Assembly: GCA_000002445.1 (NCBI GenBank)
Contig: AE017150.2
Span: 1,129,949 to 1,193,948, forward strand
Direction of reading: 5' to 3'
Length of the DNA: 64,000 nt
Origin: Trypanosoma brucei
Taxonomy: Eukaryota
Shown here: positions 12,801 to 26,201 of the stretch, one piece after another
How positions within the stretch are numbered: position 1 is the stretch's first letter
How the letters are laid out: each line of letters opens with the position of its first letter
Notes under the pieces: model-generated
What the model saw: the letters and a program-made list of their open reading frames with translations, nothing else
Told to the model about the DNA's origin: nothing
The model's database searches: none
Translations under genes and position numbers: made by a program

Positions 12801-15656
12801 CTCGTTACGTGGAGCATGAGTGGATGTGACAGTGAATGTTCCTTCATCAAAGACAGCTGCGTGATGCTTAACTCAGAATATGTCAATGGTATCGTATTAT
12901 AGCCAAGTTTAAGTTTAATAATTAATAATAGTGATGTGTGTGGGAAAAGTGAGATTGTACCATTGCAGTGGGTGAACCGTTTCGTTTGGGACGTATTGCA
13001 TTCTGCTGTGTGATTAAGCGCCGAGTTTTTCTGCAAATATACGTATGATATTTAGTTGCTGTCGACCCGCCGAATCGGTGTGTGGTTAGTGTAAAGCATT
13101 ATGCGAACATAGGTTAGTAATGCACAGTGTTTAGAAGGCGAATGTGCCATTCAAGTAACCTTGATTTATACGTAACGTTTCTTACCTTTTTGTGGTGTTT
13201 CACTGTGATCATTCCGAGCGATGTAGTTTATGCTGTTAATGTCACTCAAAGCAATCTGATATTTTTTATGATTGTCACTGCAGCATCTCTTTCTACAAGT
13301 TTCTTTACTTTTTTTAAAAAAAGGCATCATTATAAAGCTTGAAAAAGATGTCATAGCTCTTTAACCCTTTACACCCTCTCAAAATATGCCATGAAAAATG
13401 TAAAACTTGCCAGTTGTTTTCACGGTTGCGGCTCTGTAAGAAAGTGAATATTTCACACTTTGGAGAGCTAATTTTGCTACGAAGTGGTTAAGGCCACCTA
13501 TTCGCAGTGGCAGCCCTTGAGGTGAAAACCACATATACTAACGTATCGACAGCAGTAATGAGGACATGTGTCAGCATGGGACGTATGTTTCACTACAGTG
13601 TCACAGAGGTTTTAAAGCACAGTGGGCACGGGAGGTGAATTAGTTGTAGATCTCTTTGTGCCTTAACCTTTCGTGCTATTCTTTTTTTTCTCTCTGGAAC
13701 TGATACAGTCTGGGGAGGCAGTGTGCTCAAGCTTTGCTAAGTTTTTGGAAGCAGGACTCACGACCCATCCCCCACTGTGTAATGTATGATGACCAGATTT
13801 GTTCTGAGGGAGCGTCAAACCAATCGTGTACGATGGGCGTGTAGAACAGGAAGTAAAGGAAGGTGTGTTATTATATGCAAATGCAGATGAAATACTGCTC
13901 ACAACACCTAAAGAAAGCAAAGTCACTCCTGACGGTTTTGATCATTTTATCAGTGTATCACAATCTAATCACCTTTGCTGCTGTAGAAGGCTCATTGCAT
14001 AGTTGTGTGTATTTTGCTTTCAGAGCTTGAGACAACCAGTCACTTACCGACCACTGTGGAGAGTGATCACGATGATGTCGTCGGCTTTCCTGTATGGAAG
14101 GAAGTATCATTTTGCTCTTCTGCTCGCGTAATTGTGTTCCTTTGTGTATCCGTGGAGTAGCGTTGTTATTGAAAAGAGGGATGATGAGTAGAATGGCGAC
14201 TCAACACTTTTTCTTGTACTGAAGAAATACCAAGAGTTTTTTTCAGCAGGACAGACCTGCGGTGGCCATGTGGTTTAGATACCTCAGGGACAACTTCCAT
14301 ATTGCACAAGGAGAACTTCTGCGTCTTGAGGTGGCATGGCGCATGCTAGTGTTGGGATATCTGTACATTGGAATAGCAAGGTCTTCCAGGGAAGGAAGAG
14401 GGATACATAAGCCAGTGAAGGGCTGCACAGGTGCTGTGTCAGGTGTGAAGGTGATAGATGGCTCTAAGGAAGTGTCAGATGTGATTATACTCGGCAAGAG
14501 GTTGCTGCTCAAGGTTTTGATTATATACTTCCCGAGACGATCAAATGTCGCGTAACTTACGTTGGAAGAAAGTTTAGGGGGAGCAATGGGATGAGGGAAG
14601 TCCCCACTGGATTGTTTGGTCGGATATACAACATGATAAGTGGAAGGTTTGTTGAAGAAGAACGCAGGTACACCACATCCAATAGGTGAGAAGGCAGTAA
14701 TGGCCGGGTGCATTTGCTGTGAGTGAAAACTTTAACAATGGATGCTAAGTAGTTAATGTTGAAATGTTTTAAAACGTTAGAGAAAGGAATGACTAAATGG
14801 TTGTAGGTACGTAAATCGTGGGACGCACTAAGGGAAAATGATGTAGTGGTGCGATGGAGCAAGGGACTCGAATACCCAATATATTACAAGAAACGCTACT
14901 GTTGAGTTGGGTGCAGAAACAAGTGAGAGACAAGCTGTTTGGGTAGCTGAAGTATCGACCACTGGGAAAGGTGAAGCGTTGGCAGGAAGGATCATCAAAT
15001 CTCATCCTCATTTCATTTAGTATGACTGAGGAAGCGAGGGAAGGAAAGGAATGGTTGTGAAGGGAGCAAGTAGTGAAAGCAAAATAGTAGAAGCAATTGT
15101 GGCGTCAAATAAGATGTGAAGGGTAGCGGTAGTACAAATAGAAAAGCAAAACCAAGTTAAAAAAATTGGTTGCCGACGTCAAGGAAGCGGGGACAGGTGA
15201 ATAAAATTATGTAATTCGTACCAGTTTAAATGTATTAAAATGAACTCTGATGTGTGTGATTTGCTACTGTTAACTCGGTGAACATCGGAACTGATACGTT
15301 GCTCTGTGCTATTGTAGCAGTGCACTCCAGTGTGGTATCACTGGAACTATAAAACCTTATATTTCTTATGGCGTTGTATCAGTGCTTCCACTATGGCATC
15401 ATTGTGTTAACGTGAGCAGTATATTGTCACGTAGTGGACAACATGTCAACTAGTTTGTTTAAACTGTTGCTCTCTTGACAGTTTGTAGTTCGTATCACTC
15501 TGTTGTTTGCTTTTCTTGTCTTGTTTATTCCCCTGAGATATTACTGGTAAGTCCTCCTTTATCCTAATTTTTGTATTTACGCCGGCTGTTGAAGCGGAAC
15601 CCTTCCAATTATTAGGCACAAAACGGTACATATATATATATTACAAGAAAGCAACA

Positions 15657-16634
15657 GTGTGTAATTTAGAAACCATGACACGCGCCTCGCTTCCTGTTAT
15701 TGATGTTTCGCCCCTATTTGGTGGCGAATCCGCAGAAAAGGAAAGGGTCTCCAAGCAGATTGATAATGCATGCAGGACATGGGGCTTCTTCTACATTGTG
15801 GGACATCCGATTCAGCAGGAGCAGATTGACAAAGTACTTAAGTTAGCTGATACTTTTTTCTCTCTTCCTATGGAGGAGAAGCTCAAATTGGACGTTCGCA
15901 AGGGTAGACTTTATCGTGGTTACACTGCCCCTGGAGTAGAGGAAGCTGATGTAGGGAAGGTTTACACGTACGAGACCTTTACGACGGGATACCATCTTCC
16001 TAAGCACCATCCAGACGTCATGGCAGGCAAACCGCTCCGAGGACCGAATATCCACCCCACTCAAGTGAGGGGATGGATGGAGGGTATGGAAGGTCATTAC
16101 CGCGATATGTGGGCACTTGCGCTTGTCCTCCTGCGCGCTATGGCGCAAGCTATCGGTTTGCAGGAAGATTTCTTCGACTCCAAGTTTATGGATCCCCTTT
16201 GTGAATTGAATATAAAGCACTACGTTCCCTTATCTCAAACGAAAGAAGAAACTACTTTGCTCATTGAGCACAGCGATTTCGGTGTTATGACGTTACTCTA
16301 TCAAGACGCTTCAGGTGGCTTGCAAGTACGTGATAGTTCCGGAGAGCTGATGGATGTGCCACCTGTTGAAGGAAGTTTTGTTGTCAACCTTGGAGACATG
16401 ATGGAGATGTGGACCAATGGCCAATACCGTTCCACAAAGCATCGTGTGGTAGCCACAGACAAGGAACGGTACTCCATGCCTTTCTTTTGCAATCCCAATC
16501 CGAATGTCATCGTCAAGTGCCTCGACAACTGTCACTCGGAAGAGAATCCACCAAGGTACCCTCCAGTGCGGGCTGTTGATTGGGTTTTGAAGCGGTTCGC
16601 GGAGGCATATGGGAAAGATTACTCAAAAATGTAG
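15657..16634 (+). CDS. 2OG/Fe(II) dioxygenase, copy 2, 325 aa. It differs from copy 1 at I227V and I312V.
   Basis: Same ORF as 5133-6110 with the same motifs. Confidence 0.9.
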   Translation: MCNLETMTRASLPVIDVSPLFGGESAEKERVSKQIDNACRTWGFFYIVGHPIQQEQIDKVLKLADTFFSLPMEEKLKLDVRKGRLYRGYTAPGVEEADVGKVYTYETFTTGYHLPKHHPDVMAGKPLRGPNIHPTQVRGWMEGMEGHYRDMWALALVLLRAMAQAIGLQEDFFDSKFMDPLCELNIKHYVPLSQTKEETTLLIEHSDFGVMTLLYQDASGGLQVRDSSGELMDVPPVEGSFVVNLGDMMEMWTNGQYRSTKHRVVATDKERYSMPFFCNPNPNVIVKCLDNCHSEENPPRYPPVRAVDWVLKRFAEAYGKDYSKM

Positions 16635-19025
16635 GAGTGGTTCCTAGTTTGCATTTCTTTTAGCATTTGCTTTATCAAGAATGGTATCAGGCCCTGCAAT
16701 TAGTAGTTGTTTTTCAGACGTGGCTGACTTACATATGCGTAGTATCTGTCGTAATGCAAAAAGTTCTGTGATTTAAAATGTGGGTGAAGACAGTACGGTA
16801 ACGTATCTAGTCAGAATGAATATATTTCACTCACTCTTTATTTTCAATGTAGGGAATTGTTAAAGGGGTAATAATATTTCTTTCACCTTTCCTCTTCCTT
16901 TTTTTTAATTGCCATCTTTGTAAGGGGTGCTGTAAGTCCATCTTTTCTCATACTTTGATATCTTCATCTATTTCCTTATTACATTGAATAATGCATTAAC
17001 ATCTTCATTGCGATGCCAACTGAAGTATTCTGACAAGCAATAGGTGTATGCTATTGTATGTTAGTTTATGCTGCAACAGAGTTCTCCTTGGAAATGCTTG
17101 TCTTTTTTTTTCACTTTGAGGGGGTTCTACAATTGTCTTTCCCCATTCTATTCTAAGGGTTAATTACGCATTAGAAATGCTACCAGTCACTTCAGAGGTA
17201 TTCCTTCTTACACAAGTATTATTTTGATGCGATCTCATGCAAGGAGAATGGAGGTAAATGGAGAATGAAACAACTCACATTCTCCACCCACCCAATGGAG
17301 AGCATACGTTTTACCATGGAAGTCGCGCTTGAAGTATCTCCCCAAGTAGAGCAAACTAATGAGGAATTAGCACCTAAGGGCTGCGTTGTTAAATATTTTG
17401 AAAGAGTGGGGGTTCGTACGTGAAGGATAAGGGATTTTGAGGGTGCTTACTCTTATTGTGTTTTTAATTTTTTTTTTGAAAAGGGGGGTGGTGGCCAATT
17501 TTATTATGTCACCCGACGAATGGAATTGCTTTGTACCACGCTGTTTGTGTTTGTTACATATATTGGTAAGGAATAATGTTTTTTATGTGAATTTCAATGC
17601 GTTTGATGTTTTTTGTCACCGCACTTATGTTGAGTCTGTGCAATTTCTTTTCCCTCCATGCTGAACATACCATTCTCTATTATTTTCTTATCTTTCATTG
17701 TTTCAGCTTTTCAGGGGAAACACATGCATACCCACGAGATGGAATACACTAAACGACACGTAACACTGTGGGAGAATGTTATAAATGCATGCAGTCCAAT
17801 ACTTGAGAAATGTGTATTTTCTACACCTTAACATCAATTTTTTTTTTTGTAAAGGACAAACTCACTGAGTGTTTAGTGACTGCGCTTCTTCAAACTTTTC
17901 TCCCTCAAGGCGTATTATGCAGTTGCAGAGAGTCATCTGTTTTCTGCTCCTTCTCCGCTTGCTAATGATTTGTGTTTATGCGTGTTGCTTCCTTTTTTAT
18001 ATTGTAAGTAATAGAAGACAAAAAAGGGGATATTACATATTACATATTTTATTTTGTATGTTAGCATGGTTGCATAATTTATTCTGCTGTAGAGGCGTGT
18101 GTTATGGATTGTAGTATTTGGAAAAGTTGTTCGACTAAAAGTTATAAAAGCTAACCCTGTGTGTGATGGATTTTTAATTTATATAAACTTGTTTAACTTT
18201 ATATTAGAATATAAATTTATTTATTGTCATTTAAATAGTTCACCCATATGAGAAAACTAAATGAACACATATACGCACGTATATGTATATTTATATTTGC
18301 ATATTTGTTGTTTATGTATATTATATTTGAGTAATGTTGGTAAGGTAAGAAAACGGCTGTGTAATAAATCATTTTTATTTGGTATGCTTTGAGTGCGCGC
18401 GCGTGGGTTCTTTATTTCTATTATTAGAAAAGGAAACTGCAATAATTGTTTCATTATTAAAAGTTCTTCATGACTCTTGTTTTTAAGTTTAGCATTTTGC
18501 TATTACTCAAATCATGTGAATTAAGGGAGGACTCATATCAGTATCATATGATGATATTTGAAACAATTTAGAGACGCCTGATATTACTCAATACTCTAAC
18601 TCTTTTTTTTCCTTTCATATCCATTGCATTTATATTGTGATATGATAAGTTGATTTGTGTTAGCATTCAAATGCAGCATTGTTATTATTAATATTAACTT
18701 CCTTAAAGGAAATTAATTCGAAAGGAATGTTATTGTAAAAGGATTCAAATTGCAAGTAGTTATTCAGATAATGTTAATAATTTATACACAATTTTATATT
18801 TATTGTAGTTGTAGTAGTGTGCGTATTTAAACAAAGGTACCACTAATTTTGTAATTACTCAATAGTTATAATGACACAATTCTATTTCTTGATAATTTGA
18901 GTCCCTGAATTTGTTTTTCCCTTCATATTTTTCACTTTGCTTTTCTTTTCTTTCATTTCATATATGTTTTTCTTTTTGTTATATAGACAAGCTTATTATA
19001 TCACTATTTCAAGTAATTCAAAAAG

Positions 19026-20426
19026 ATGGCAATGCTTGGTTTCGAGTCGACAGCTGAATTTTTTGTCTATCTCACCTTCATCTTTTTTGGGATGTCGGTG
19101 ATGAATGTGACGAATGCTATTTACTCTATTCCTGACTATTTTTCAGTGTATTATCAATTTGTTAAAAATGATGAAAAAGCGAAACCTGTCAATGCATCGT
19201 TCTGGGAGCACATGTTCACGTATTATAATGTTGTTGTGTTTACGATGCAAGTGGTTTTGGAGGCTTTTATGCTAACACCATTGGGCCGACGCATTCCTAT
19301 TAGTTGGCGTCTCATCTTTGGACTCACAATTCCTATGGGTGAGATCATTGCAATTTTAGTGATCCCTGAAGTTGGAGGAAGTGAAGCTGGTGCGATGGCA
19401 ACTGTTATGATAGTTGCTTTTGTTGGTGGTATTTCCAAAACACTTTGTGACTCCAGCAATGCTGCACTTGCGGGACCGTTTCCGACTAAATTCTATGGTG
19501 CCATCGTGTGGGGTCTTGCAGTCTCTGGCCTAATCACTTCATTTATGTCTGTTGTCATCAAAGCAGCGATGGAATACAGCTTCAAAAGCAGACGAGTTCA
19601 GTCCCAAATATACTTTGGATTAGTCATGCTTCTTCAGGTGGTTGCATGCGTGCTTCTTGTCCTTCTGAGGAAAAACCCATATGCCATTAAATATGCTGCA
19701 GAATTTAGGTATGCTGCGAGGAAGGATGGAAAGACAGATGATGGCGAAGATGAAAACGATGCAAAGGGAACAGGGCCAGCAGACGAAGATGGGTATCCTG
19801 ATGAAAAAGAGAATAAGAATGTATTGAATGCTGATATTGATCCAGATAAGATGAAGGATACGGATCAGGTTGAAGGCACTACCAACGCTCAGCAAATGCT
19901 TGATGCGAGTGTTATGGTTGTGGTGAAACGTATTTGGCCCATGTTACTTTCATGCTTCTTTGTGTTCTTTGCGACACTTCTCATCTTCCCTGGTGTATTC
20001 TTTGCTGTTAAAGATAAAACAACGGTAAAAAACTTTTGGTATTATACAATTATTGTTGCCATGTTCAACTTGGGTGATTTCTTGTCTCGTCTGGTGCTGC
20101 AGTTCAAGCGGTTGCATGTGTCTCCGCGCATGGTTATGATTGGTTCATTTGCACGTGCGTTGCTGATAATTCCTCTTGCCCTTTGCGTTCCTGGTACCAT
20201 TCCTGGTGTATGGCTTCCCTACACCGTTTCTCTCCTTTGGGGTCTCACAAATGGTTACTTTGGTGGCCTTTCAATGATTTATGGACCACGTACGGGATCC
20301 CTCACCACAGCGGGTCAACGCTCTCTTGCTGCTATTTGCATTAATGTGGCTCTTTTACTCGGTCTCTTTGCTGGTGCTATGTTTGCATTGGCTGTTAAGG
20401 AGGGACTTCCGAAGGAAAAAAAGTAG
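19026..20426 (+). CDS. ENT nucleoside transporter, paralog 2, 466 aa.
   Basis: Same architecture as 8504-9895. It has many scattered substitutions relative to paralog 1, e.g. YSIPDYFSVYYQF and PEVGGSEAGAMATVMIV. Its C-terminus, ...GLPKEKK, is distinct. Confidence 0.92.
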   Translation: MAMLGFESTAEFFVYLTFIFFGMSVMNVTNAIYSIPDYFSVYYQFVKNDEKAKPVNASFWEHMFTYYNVVVFTMQVVLEAFMLTPLGRRIPISWRLIFGLTIPMGEIIAILVIPEVGGSEAGAMATVMIVAFVGGISKTLCDSSNAALAGPFPTKFYGAIVWGLAVSGLITSFMSVVIKAAMEYSFKSRRVQSQIYFGLVMLLQVVACVLLVLLRKNPYAIKYAAEFRYAARKDGKTDDGEDENDAKGTGPADEDGYPDEKENKNVLNADIDPDKMKDTDQVEGTTNAQQMLDASVMVVVKRIWPMLLSCFFVFFATLLIFPGVFFAVKDKTTVKNFWYYTIIVAMFNLGDFLSRLVLQFKRLHVSPRMVMIGSFARALLIIPLALCVPGTIPGVWLPYTVSLLWGLTNGYFGGLSMIYGPRTGSLTTAGQRSLAAICINVALLLGLFAGAMFALAVKEGLPKEKK

Positions 20427-23400
20427 GAGTTTTTAAAACATTAAATAATGTCTAAACTTTTTTTAAATTAATAAAATAAAAAAATAAACTCCATGCTGGT
20501 ATCAGCTAGGAGTGGTTTTAACGATGAAAATAATAAAAAAAATAAAATAGGAAAAGATAAGACAAAAAGGGGTTAATTCTAGGAAAGTGAATAATATGAC
20601 TCATGGCAGCAAGCAAGCATATACGTGCATATGTTATGTAGTTTTGAGGTAAAAGTGACGCAAAGAAAAGTGTTAGTCGGTTACAAACGCATCGCGCAAA
20701 GTACGATACGGCGGAGTTCTGCAAGCTTGTACCATGACAGTATTTCACTATTTTGTTAACTAACATGGATTTCACCTCTAAGATATGGTTTTAAGGGTAA
20801 GGGTTGTAAATTGTGAAATTGTATTGACGATCTCACTCATTAGTGCAAACCTTTGATACACTTTACTGTTTACTTTTGATGCAACACAAAATTTGTGTGA
20901 AAGAAAGAGCTATACTTCAGCTTGTAGCGTTTTCAGTGCGCTTATTTTCATCACATGTGTGCAAACGAGTAAAAAAATGATGTGAACCCGAAAAGTCTTA
21001 TTACTTTTCCTTTTATTCCCATGACCGTGCTATGGTGTTACGGATATGTGTGTAAGTGAGGAGTGTTGTGTGGATTTGCTTCTATTATTGTTTACTTGCC
21101 TTTGGTTGTATACCACACACCTGCTTATGTTTTCCCATATGTGTACGCCTGTAGATAACAGTGTGGGAGTTTACTCCGTGACGTTTTCTCACAAATGTCT
21201 AGAGGCAAATGATTAAAGTAATTTTTTTGTTTAATGTATATCTGTATATGTTTGTCTGTTTATGTGTATGTGTGTTTGTGTGTACGTATTTGACATGTTC
21301 AGCAATATGTTTAGATTATCCAATTATATCTTTTCTTTTCTATTTTCTTATATTGTTTACTTGTCACTGTTTTACTTTCAGGAAGGTATATAAATTAAGC
21401 TGAAGCAACGTTATGTTCATTTGTGTATTAGACACATGAGTTTATTTCCAAGCAGATGATATATGCGTGAACGCGTGTGTTTAACTTTATAATGTCTTAT
21501 ACTAAAGATGTATCCAAATATTGCCATGCTAATACCTTGTGAGGCTTATTGTACTTTTGTGTTGTGAAATAGTCAAGTAGTTGCTGTGTAACTTTTGTGT
21601 TATTTTTTAGATAATGTGTGTTTTCTTAGTCTAATATCTTTAATAAATGATTTGACAGCTGCTTGCATGTGAGGGTTTCATTCCTCTTCTTTGCTTAAAA
21701 ATGTGCAGAGACTGGAATCCTTTATATAAATGAAGTGAAATGCATAACTTATAAATTGCATTTCCACTTTCACATATTGTAATATTATTGAGTATCAAAA
21801 GGGAAATGATGAATCATGTAATAGGAAGTCATTCACAACATGGTAATAGAGCAATTCATCTTCGAAGCTATAACGGAACAAGCTTTTTATTGTAATGCTT
21901 ATTTGTGGAATAGCTCATGCTTTATGAATGCTTGAGGATGGAGCGTTGTAATATTTTTAAAAGTAATATAAGTAAACTAGCAAACAAATTATCGTTTTTG
22001 TTTCTTCCTTCATAATCACTATAAGCTAAGCTATTAGTCTATTAGCAATAATTAATATGACTACTAGTAGGGCAAAAGACGAGAAATAAGAAATTAATTT
22101 ATAGGAATGATTTGATAGTTTGAAGGGTGTGTAATTATCATGTCTCTTATACTAATGACGGATTATGCTAGAGAGAATGTGATTTGTGAGGTATTTGTGA
22201 TTCTCTGAAGTGATACAGCGGTGCATGGGAACTCGTCGTAAGGATAAAAAAAATAAATAATGTGCGGTATGTAATTTTTAAACCTCACATTGATGAGGTT
22301 GTGAGGCATAAAATAACTCTTGCCATTTTCCCAACGTGGCCAACAGTCCAAGAACTAGTGTAGTACTGCAGTAATGATACAGTGATGTTAAATTGAAAGC
22401 GAAAAATAAATATGAATGGCGTAAAAAGGGGGAAGGAAGTAGTGATGGTGGCGTAATCGATTGTTACTGTGTTTCATGACAAATTCTCTACATTCAATGA
22501 TTCTAGAGGAAACAAGTACGTACCATAGCAGTGGTTACTGTGTTTCCATAAGGAGTAAGTTATATTTACTGGAAAATGTGGTATTAAGAAATGTTATATG
22601 TGAGTAGCAATATACCTCAACACAGAGATGTACGCTCATGTAATCACTACACACAAAAAAGTTCTGAAAGTTTTGAACGCGTTGAGCGGATTGATGCGTC
22701 TCTCCAACCTTGAGTTGAAATGCGCAACCCTTGAGTGTTGAGTTGGGATACATATTTTTAGATGTCACTAGAGCTTGATGTGTGGAATGAAACTCTAGAG
22801 CTCATGCATATGGCTAATGCTTACCGTGGGCAAAACTTGTCGATGTTGGTACGATGATATGCGATTTGTTGGCAGTGATAGCTTTCAGCGGATTGTATGG
22901 TAGGTGGTGTTTTTTTTTCTGCCACAGGCGGCAATGGCAGTGTTGACTAATTTTTGAATTACTCAGAAGGGAAATTTCTCTGTTTAAGTGATGATCATGT
23001 TGAATCGTTGATAAAATCAACGGAATTATCCATAAGTTAGTTTTAATTGGAGGAAAATGAAATAGGAGAACTGCCCACGTTGATGTGTTGCGGACAAAGA
23101 AAAGTGAGTGGTATGCATATTTTAGAACCCAGTATTTTTCTTTCTCATCTGATGTGCTTCCCTAATGTTTGGATCTGAGGAATACCTAATGATGATTAAT
23201 GCGGTTAGAGTTAGGGCATTCTTTTGTGATGCTGAATATTGTATCTATTGATAACAACAATCGATACGCCATACTCAAACATAAATGAATTCTCACACAT
23301 AAACGCTGCTTCTGGTATCGCCAACCGTTATGTTCAATAGCTCGTTACGTGGAGCATGAGTGGATGTGACAGTGAATGTTCCTTCATCAAAGACAGCTGC

Positions 23401-26201
23401 GTGATGCTTAACTCAGAATATGTCAATGGTATCGTATTATAGCCAAGTTTAAGTTTAATAATTAATAATAGTGATGTGTGTGGGAAAAGTGAGATTGTAC
23501 CATTGCAGTGGGTGAACCGTTTCGTTTGGGACGTATTGCATTCTGCTGTGTGATTAAGCGCCGAGTTTTTCTGCAAATATACGTATGATATTTAGTTGCT
23601 GTCGACCCGCCGAATCGGTGTGTGGTTAGTGTAAAGCATTATGCGAACATAGGTTAGTAATGCACAGTGTTTAGAAGGCGAATGTGCCATTCAAGTAACC
23701 TTGATTTATACGTAACGTTTCTTACTTTTTTGTGGTGTTTCACTGTGATCATTCCGAGCGATGTAGTTTATGCTGTTAATGTCACTCAAAGCAATCTGAT
23801 ATTTTTTATGATTGTCACTGCAGCATCTCTTTCTACAAGTTTCTTTACTTTTTTTAAAAAAAAAGGCATCATTATAGAGCTTGAAAAAGATGTCATAGCT
23901 CTTTAACCCTTTACACCCTCTCAAAATATGCCATGAAAAATGTAAAACTTGCCAGTTGTTTTCACGGTTGCGGCTCTGTAAGAAAGTGAATATTTCACAC
24001 TTTGGAGAGCTAATTTTGCTACGAAGTGGTTAAGGCCACCTATTCGCAGTGGCAGCCCTTGAGGTGAAAACCACATATACTAACGTATCGACAGCAGTAA
24101 TGAGGACATGTGTCAGCATGGGACGTATGTTTCACTACAGTGTCACAGAGGTTTTAAAGCACAGTGGGCACGGGAGGTGAATTAGTTGTAGATCTCTTTG
24201 TGCCTTAACCTTTCGTGCTATTCTTTTTTTTCTCTCTGGAACTGATACAGTCTGGGGAGGCAGTGTGCTCAAGCTTCGCTAAGTTTTTGGAAGCAGGACT
24301 CACGACCCATCCCCCACTGTGTAATGTATGATGACCAGATTTGTTCTGAGGGAGCGTCAAACCAATCGTGTACGATGGGCGTGTAGAACAGGAAGTAAAG
24401 GAAGGTGTGTTATTATATGCAAATGCAGATGAAATACTGCTCACAACACCTAAAGAAAGCAAAGTCACTCCTGACGGTTTTGATCATTTTATCAGTGTAT
24501 CACAATCTAATCACCTTTGCTGCTGTAGAAGGCTCATTGCATAGTTGTGTGTATTTTGCTTTCAGAGCTTGAGACAACCAGTCACTTACCGACCACTGTG
24601 GAGAGTGATCACGATGATGTCGTCGGCTTTCCTGTATGGAAGGAAGTATCATTTTGCTCTTCTGCTCGCGTAATTGTGTTCCTTTGTGTATCCGTGGAGT
24701 AGCGTTGTTATTGAAAAGAGGGATGATGAGTAGAATGGCGACTCAACACTTTTTCTTGTACTGAAGAAATACCAAGAGTTTTTTTCAGCAGGACAGACCT
24801 GCGGTGGCCATGTGGTTTAGATACCTCAGGGACAACTTCCATATTGCACAAGGAGAACTTCTGCGTCTTGAGGTGACATGGCGCATGCTAGTGTTGGGAT
24901 ATCTGTACATTGGAATAGCAAGGTCTTCCAAGGAAGGAAGAGGGATACATAAGCCAGTGAAGGGCTGCACAGGTGCTGTGTCAGGTGTGAAGGTGATAGA
25001 TGGCTCTAAGGAAGTGTCAGATGTGATTATACTCGGCAAGAGGTTGCTGCTCAAGGTTTTGATTATATACTTCCCGAGACGATCAAATGTCGCGTAACTT
25101 ACGTTGGAAGAAAGTTTAGGGGGAGCAATGGGATGAGGGAAGTCCCCACTGGATTGTTTGGTCGGATATACAACATGATAAGTGGAAGGTTTGTTGAAGA
25201 AGAACGCAGGTACACCACATCCAATAGGTGAGAAGGCAGTAATGGCCGGGTGCATTTGCTGTGAGTGAAAACTTTAACAATGGATGCTAAGTAGTTAATG
25301 TTGAAATGTTTTAAAACGTTAGAGAAAGGAATGACTAAATGGTTGTAGGTACGTAAATCGTGGGACGCACTAAGGGAAAATGATGTAGTGGTGCGATGGA
25401 GCAAGGGACTCGAATACCCAATATATTACAAGAAACGCTACTGTTGAGTTGGGTGCAGAAACAAGTGAGAGACAAGCTGTTTGGGTAGCTGAAGTATCGA
25501 CCACTGGGAAAGGTGAAGCGTTGGCAGGAAGGATCATCAAATCTCATCCTCATTTCATTTAGTATGACTGAGGAAGCGAGGGAAGGAAAGGAATGGTTGT
25601 GAAGGGAGCAAGTAGTGAAAGCAAAATAGTAGAAGCAATTGTGGCGTCAAATAAGATGTGAAGGGTAGCGTTAGTACAAATAGAAAAGCAAAACCAAGTT
25701 AAAAAAATTGGTTGCCGACGTCAAGGAAGCGGGGACAGGTGAATAAAATTATGTAATTCGTACCAGTTTAAATGTATTAAAATGAACTCTGATGTGTGTG
25801 ATTTGCTACTGTTAACTTGCTGAACATCGGAACTGATACGTTGCTCTGTGCTATTGTAGCAGTGCACTCCAGTGTGGTATCACTGGAACTATAAAACCTT
25901 ATATTTCTTAGGGTTCTGTATCAGTGCTTCCACTATGGCATCATTGTGTTAACGTGAGCAGTATATTGTCGCGTAGTGAACAACATGTCAACTAGTTCGT
26001 TTAAACTGTTGCTCTCTTGACAGTTTGTAGTTCGTATCACTCTGTTGTGTGCTTTTTTTTGTCTTGTTTATTCCCCTGAGATATTACTGGTAAGTCCTCC
26101 TTTATCCTAATTTTTGTATTTACGCCGGCTGTTGAAGCGGAACCCTTCCAATTATTAGGCACAAAACGGTACATATATATATATATTACAAGAAAGCAAC
26201 A

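Noticed and set aside
14243-14862. Unit-conserved intergenic ORFs (156 aa and 101 aa on the - strand, 97 aa on the + strand), also seen at 24785/25099 and 35649.
   Set aside because: They are conserved only among the near-identical units B, C and D. In the diverged unit A the frames are broken (3720-3989, 3529-3786, 4034-4339). They therefore show no coding constraint. They are likely long UTR or intergenic sequence.
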